A stretch of 63,025 bases of DNA, the filler included, from Licmophora abbreviata (taxonomy: Eukaryota), in assembly GCA_900291995.1 (NCBI GenBank). It is 10 parts of 10 records of this genome, joined end to end, with 100 filler letters (N's around TTAATTAATTAA, not from the genome) between each part and the next. Parts side by side here need not be neighbours in the genome. Positions count along the whole stretch, not along the records: positions 60,277 to 61,628 come from OLMU01002935.1; positions 61,729 to 63,025 come from OLMU01002947.1; 8 more parts are not named here. The stretch is one strand, 5' to 3'. Position 1 is the first letter of the stretch. The number at the start of each line of letters is the position of its first letter. Shown here piece by piece: positions 60,378-63,025 of this stretch. Both the position numbers and the translations under genes were made by a program. The notes under the pieces were generated by a model. The model had not been told where the DNA came from. It searched no databases and saw only the letters and a program-made list of their open reading frames with translations.

Positions 60378-61628
60378 ATGATACGCCTACTCTGTCTGAT
60401 CCTGAGCTCGGCAATAGCTGTGAGCGGGCTGTCCCTTGTCAGACCGCCTTTCAAGAATGATAAAGCCTCAATGATGTCGAAGATCAGTCGGAGAGAGTGT
60501 CTTGTTATCGCTGGTGGACTGACGACGGGCGTGCTGATGGGACCCGCGTCATCGGCGCTGGCACAAGAAGAAACTTCAAATGTACCAGAAGTAGAGGTCG
60601 TTGCGTCTGGCGATGCCAAGCAGGTACTACAGACTCTGTTACGATCGCTCTCCGCTGGCTGGAAAACACGACGCTGTGACCGAACAGATCTCACCTGATT
60701 CCTTTGTTTACTCCGCAGCTTTTCAATGAGGGACGAGCACTCGAGTCACAGGTAAGGGAATAGACACACATTTCTGCTTGATGTAAGGCTTGCCTTTTCT
60801 AGGCTAAAATGTCTCGAATCTCGTTTCAGGGCAACATGGCGGCGGCACAGCGACTGTATAGCAAGGTGACCCAGATTTCACCGAGGGTACGTGCGTGAAG
60901 GGGTGTGTGTGTGTGTCGAGGGTTGCGCGCATCACTGCGCTGATTGACTAGGACTCATGATTGTGCTGCTGCGAATGGTTCTTTGTATACCTTACAGTTC
61001 ATCTATGGCTGGAGTAATCTAGGAAATACGCAAGGTATGCTAGGCTCATCATTGTTGGCTGGATTCTATTGCTTGGTCATTGCTGGCGGCGTTGTCCTAA
61101 CAACGACACCCTATCGCGCTGTCCCATCATCACTGCAACACAGTCGCCCTCGGAACGTTGGATCCTGCAGAAGAGTCATACTCGAGTGCAATCAATCTGT
61201 GTCGCGAAAATATTGCGGAAGTCGGGGACAAGTTTGGAGTCCGGCGATGCGACGATCTGTATGTGCTGCTCCTCAATCGCGGGTGCCTGCGACTCAACAA
61301 CGGAGCACCGAAACAGGCTTTGGAAGACTTGCAGCAAGCAGAGATTCTTCGAGGGAGACCGGATGCGGTTGTCTTGCAGAATCTGGCGCGGGCAAAGGAA
61401 ATAAACGGATTATATGCATCGTCGGACCGGGACTATACGGTGGCCATATCCATGACGTCCAATGAAGTGAATCCATTCTGGTTGCGCTCCGCCTTGGTCA
61501 AGTACCAATTGGGTCAGACAAAGGACGGCTTTGATTTGTTGAAACGAGTGGAGAATCGATTCCCCGAAGCGCCTGAGGTGCGTGCGGCCTACGCGGCGTT
61601 TCTCGCGGCACAGGGCGATCCCATTGCA
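60378..61628 (+). CDS. TPR-repeat protein, predicted thylakoid lumen; exons 60378-60623, 60719-60751, 60830-60886, 60998-61034, 61144->gap
   Basis: Signal peptide and SRRECL..ALA Tat-like signal. Spliced TPRs LFNEGRALESQGNMAAAQRLY, GWSNLGNTQVALG, LLNRG. Confidence 0.8.
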
Positions 61629-61728
61629 NNNNNNNNNNNNNNNNNNNNNNNNNNNNNNNNNNNNNNNNNNNNTTAATTAATTAANNNNNNNNNNNNNNNN
61701 NNNNNNNNNNNNNNNNNNNNNNNNNNNN
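61629..61728. other. Artificial scaffold linker
   Basis: N44-TTAATTAATTAA-N44. Confidence 0.98.
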
Positions 61729-62137
61729 CAGATAACGAACCAAAAGCAGACAAAGTACTCGGCACGAAGGAAACTTTCGGCGCCCTCGTAGATTGCCTCA
61801 TAGATCTCTATGAGACGAGCCGTCGTAGCTTCATCATTGGCTCCACCGATGAGGCTGGTCTGGTCAGACACCCCTCCAGAGCGAATGGGGATTCTGGCAA
61901 GGATGAGGAACTGAGAGAGGGCCCACAGGAGGCCCACTACTCCAGCGATTACGATGATGCCTGTAGCTGAAAGCTGTAGAAACGAAGAGTAGGGAAAGAA
62001 TGAGCCGACGTCGCAAGATTGAAGCACGGATTGTATGAGTCAAACCGGGCATTCATTGGCGGATCAGGTCACAACACGGGTGTTTGGCAATGAACGCAGG
62101 GCACGTCGCCACCGGCAGATAGCCACCTCACCATCAT
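61729..62137 (-). CDS. H+-translocating pyrophosphatase (V-PPase), N-terminal fragment
   Basis: ATG ATG|GTGAGG mini-exon, then a TM segment and RLIEIYEAIYEGAESFLRAEY, typical of the H+-PPase N-terminus. Confidence 0.8.
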
Positions 62138-62345
62138 GGTTCAGAAGTCAACACAAGTCAATCAACGATCCAGAGAAAACAGCAGAGCACACTGTGTCGA
62201 CTCAGCCGTTGAACAAGGGGTCGAGAAAGTGCAATCCCAAAGATTGAATGACACCCCAAAGCGATCTCGACCTCAAATCTTGGCGCCATTTCGATGACGA
62301 CAGTCATCTCTACATGGATTGTACCATTTCTCTCGTATGTACGAT

Positions 62346-62609
62346 TTACGACAGTCTAGGTACACGAATCTTCTTTGAGTCGAGTGATTCGAGTAGCCCT
62401 CGACGACTTTTTTCTCGTGAACTCACCAGATGCGTCAACTCAATGAAGCCGGCCAACGAGGCGGCTGCCAGCAGAACTGGTGCCAGAAGTAATCTGTAGT
62501 TTCGTATTATCGACCTTGCCCTCCATTGTTTGTCTTCTATTGGCTGTGTGACATCAGTATCGTCTTCTGTAGGCTCGGGCAGACGGGGATTCCGATTGCG
62601 GCTCATCAT
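62346..62609 (-). CDS. Possible small single-TM hypothetical protein
   Basis: MMSRNRNP.. followed by the hydrophobic stretch LLLAPVLLAAASLAGFIEL; no domain recognised. Confidence 0.3.
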   Translation of the reverse strand: MMSRNRNPRLPEPTEDDTDVTQPIEDKQWRARSIIRNYRLLLAPVLLAAASLAGFIELTHLVSSREKSRRGLLESLDSKKIRVPRLS

Positions 62610-63025
62610 TTTTGTTTTGTCAACGCAATTTTTGCGCGCGCGCCGGGAGAAAATGACACAGCATCCATCAGATCCGTACGAGGTTTGACTCGAACTCGTT
62701 TTGAAAAGGGCGCGACGGTGGTATTTGGGGCGCCAACCAACCAACCGTCTTACGGACGGAGTGCTACGTTGGACACCATGCAACAAAAATAAAGTGTAAC
62801 TTACGCTCCTTTGGGCAGGGGAATTATGCTACGCAGCTAACAAAAAAGATATAGATTTTACATCACTGGCCTTGATGTCGACCCGGCGATCTGAGAATGG
62901 TGGATGTGAGCCCCAGCAACAAACCGGCGCCTAAAACATGACGAAACGGGTTCTTCACTGGTTCGACCGGTTGTGCCGGGACGTCGCTCTCTTCTCGAAT
63001 TTCAGATATCTGTAAGGCGTCAAGG

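Noticed and set aside
12098..61728. Nine identical TTAATTAATTAA elements as a repeat family or CRISPR-like array
   Set aside because: Each is centred in exactly 44+44 Ns and provides stops in all six frames, so it is an artificial contig linker.

Overview
Gene-dense eukaryotic nuclear DNA, almost certainly from a diatom: short GT-AG introns, bipartite signal+ASAFAP-type plastid presequences and tight intergenic spacers. It is scaffolded from 10 contigs joined by nine artificial 100-bp N44-TTAATTAATTAA-N44 linkers, and the assembly carries several single-base homopolymer indel errors. About 33 protein genes are supported, including two tandem NCKX-type Na+/Ca2+ exchangers with PH-like inserts, ABC1K, NAF1, PIG-V, GT64, CWC15, GPATCH1, a DUF616 GT, VIP1/PPIP5K, a 2OG oxygenase, GH38 mannosidase, a CENP-L-like protein, TMEM184, inositol dehydrogenase, MOCOS, ABCB10-like, CBP20, a sulfotransferase, PFKFB, COQ10, GT49, a lumenal heme peroxidase, a TPR protein and V-PPase. 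I saw no RNA genes, transposons or CRISPR arrays. The main discovery is two genes the ORF track splits at in-frame TGA codons, each with a SECIS-like hairpin in its 3' UTR. One is a plastid-targeted SelU/PRXL2-like UxxC protein (32164-32933, minus). The other is a 122-codon, Cys-free, plastid-targeted protein of no family I recognise (9802-10257, plus), a candidate new selenoprotein family. All family assignments come from motif recognition by eye; no database searches were run.
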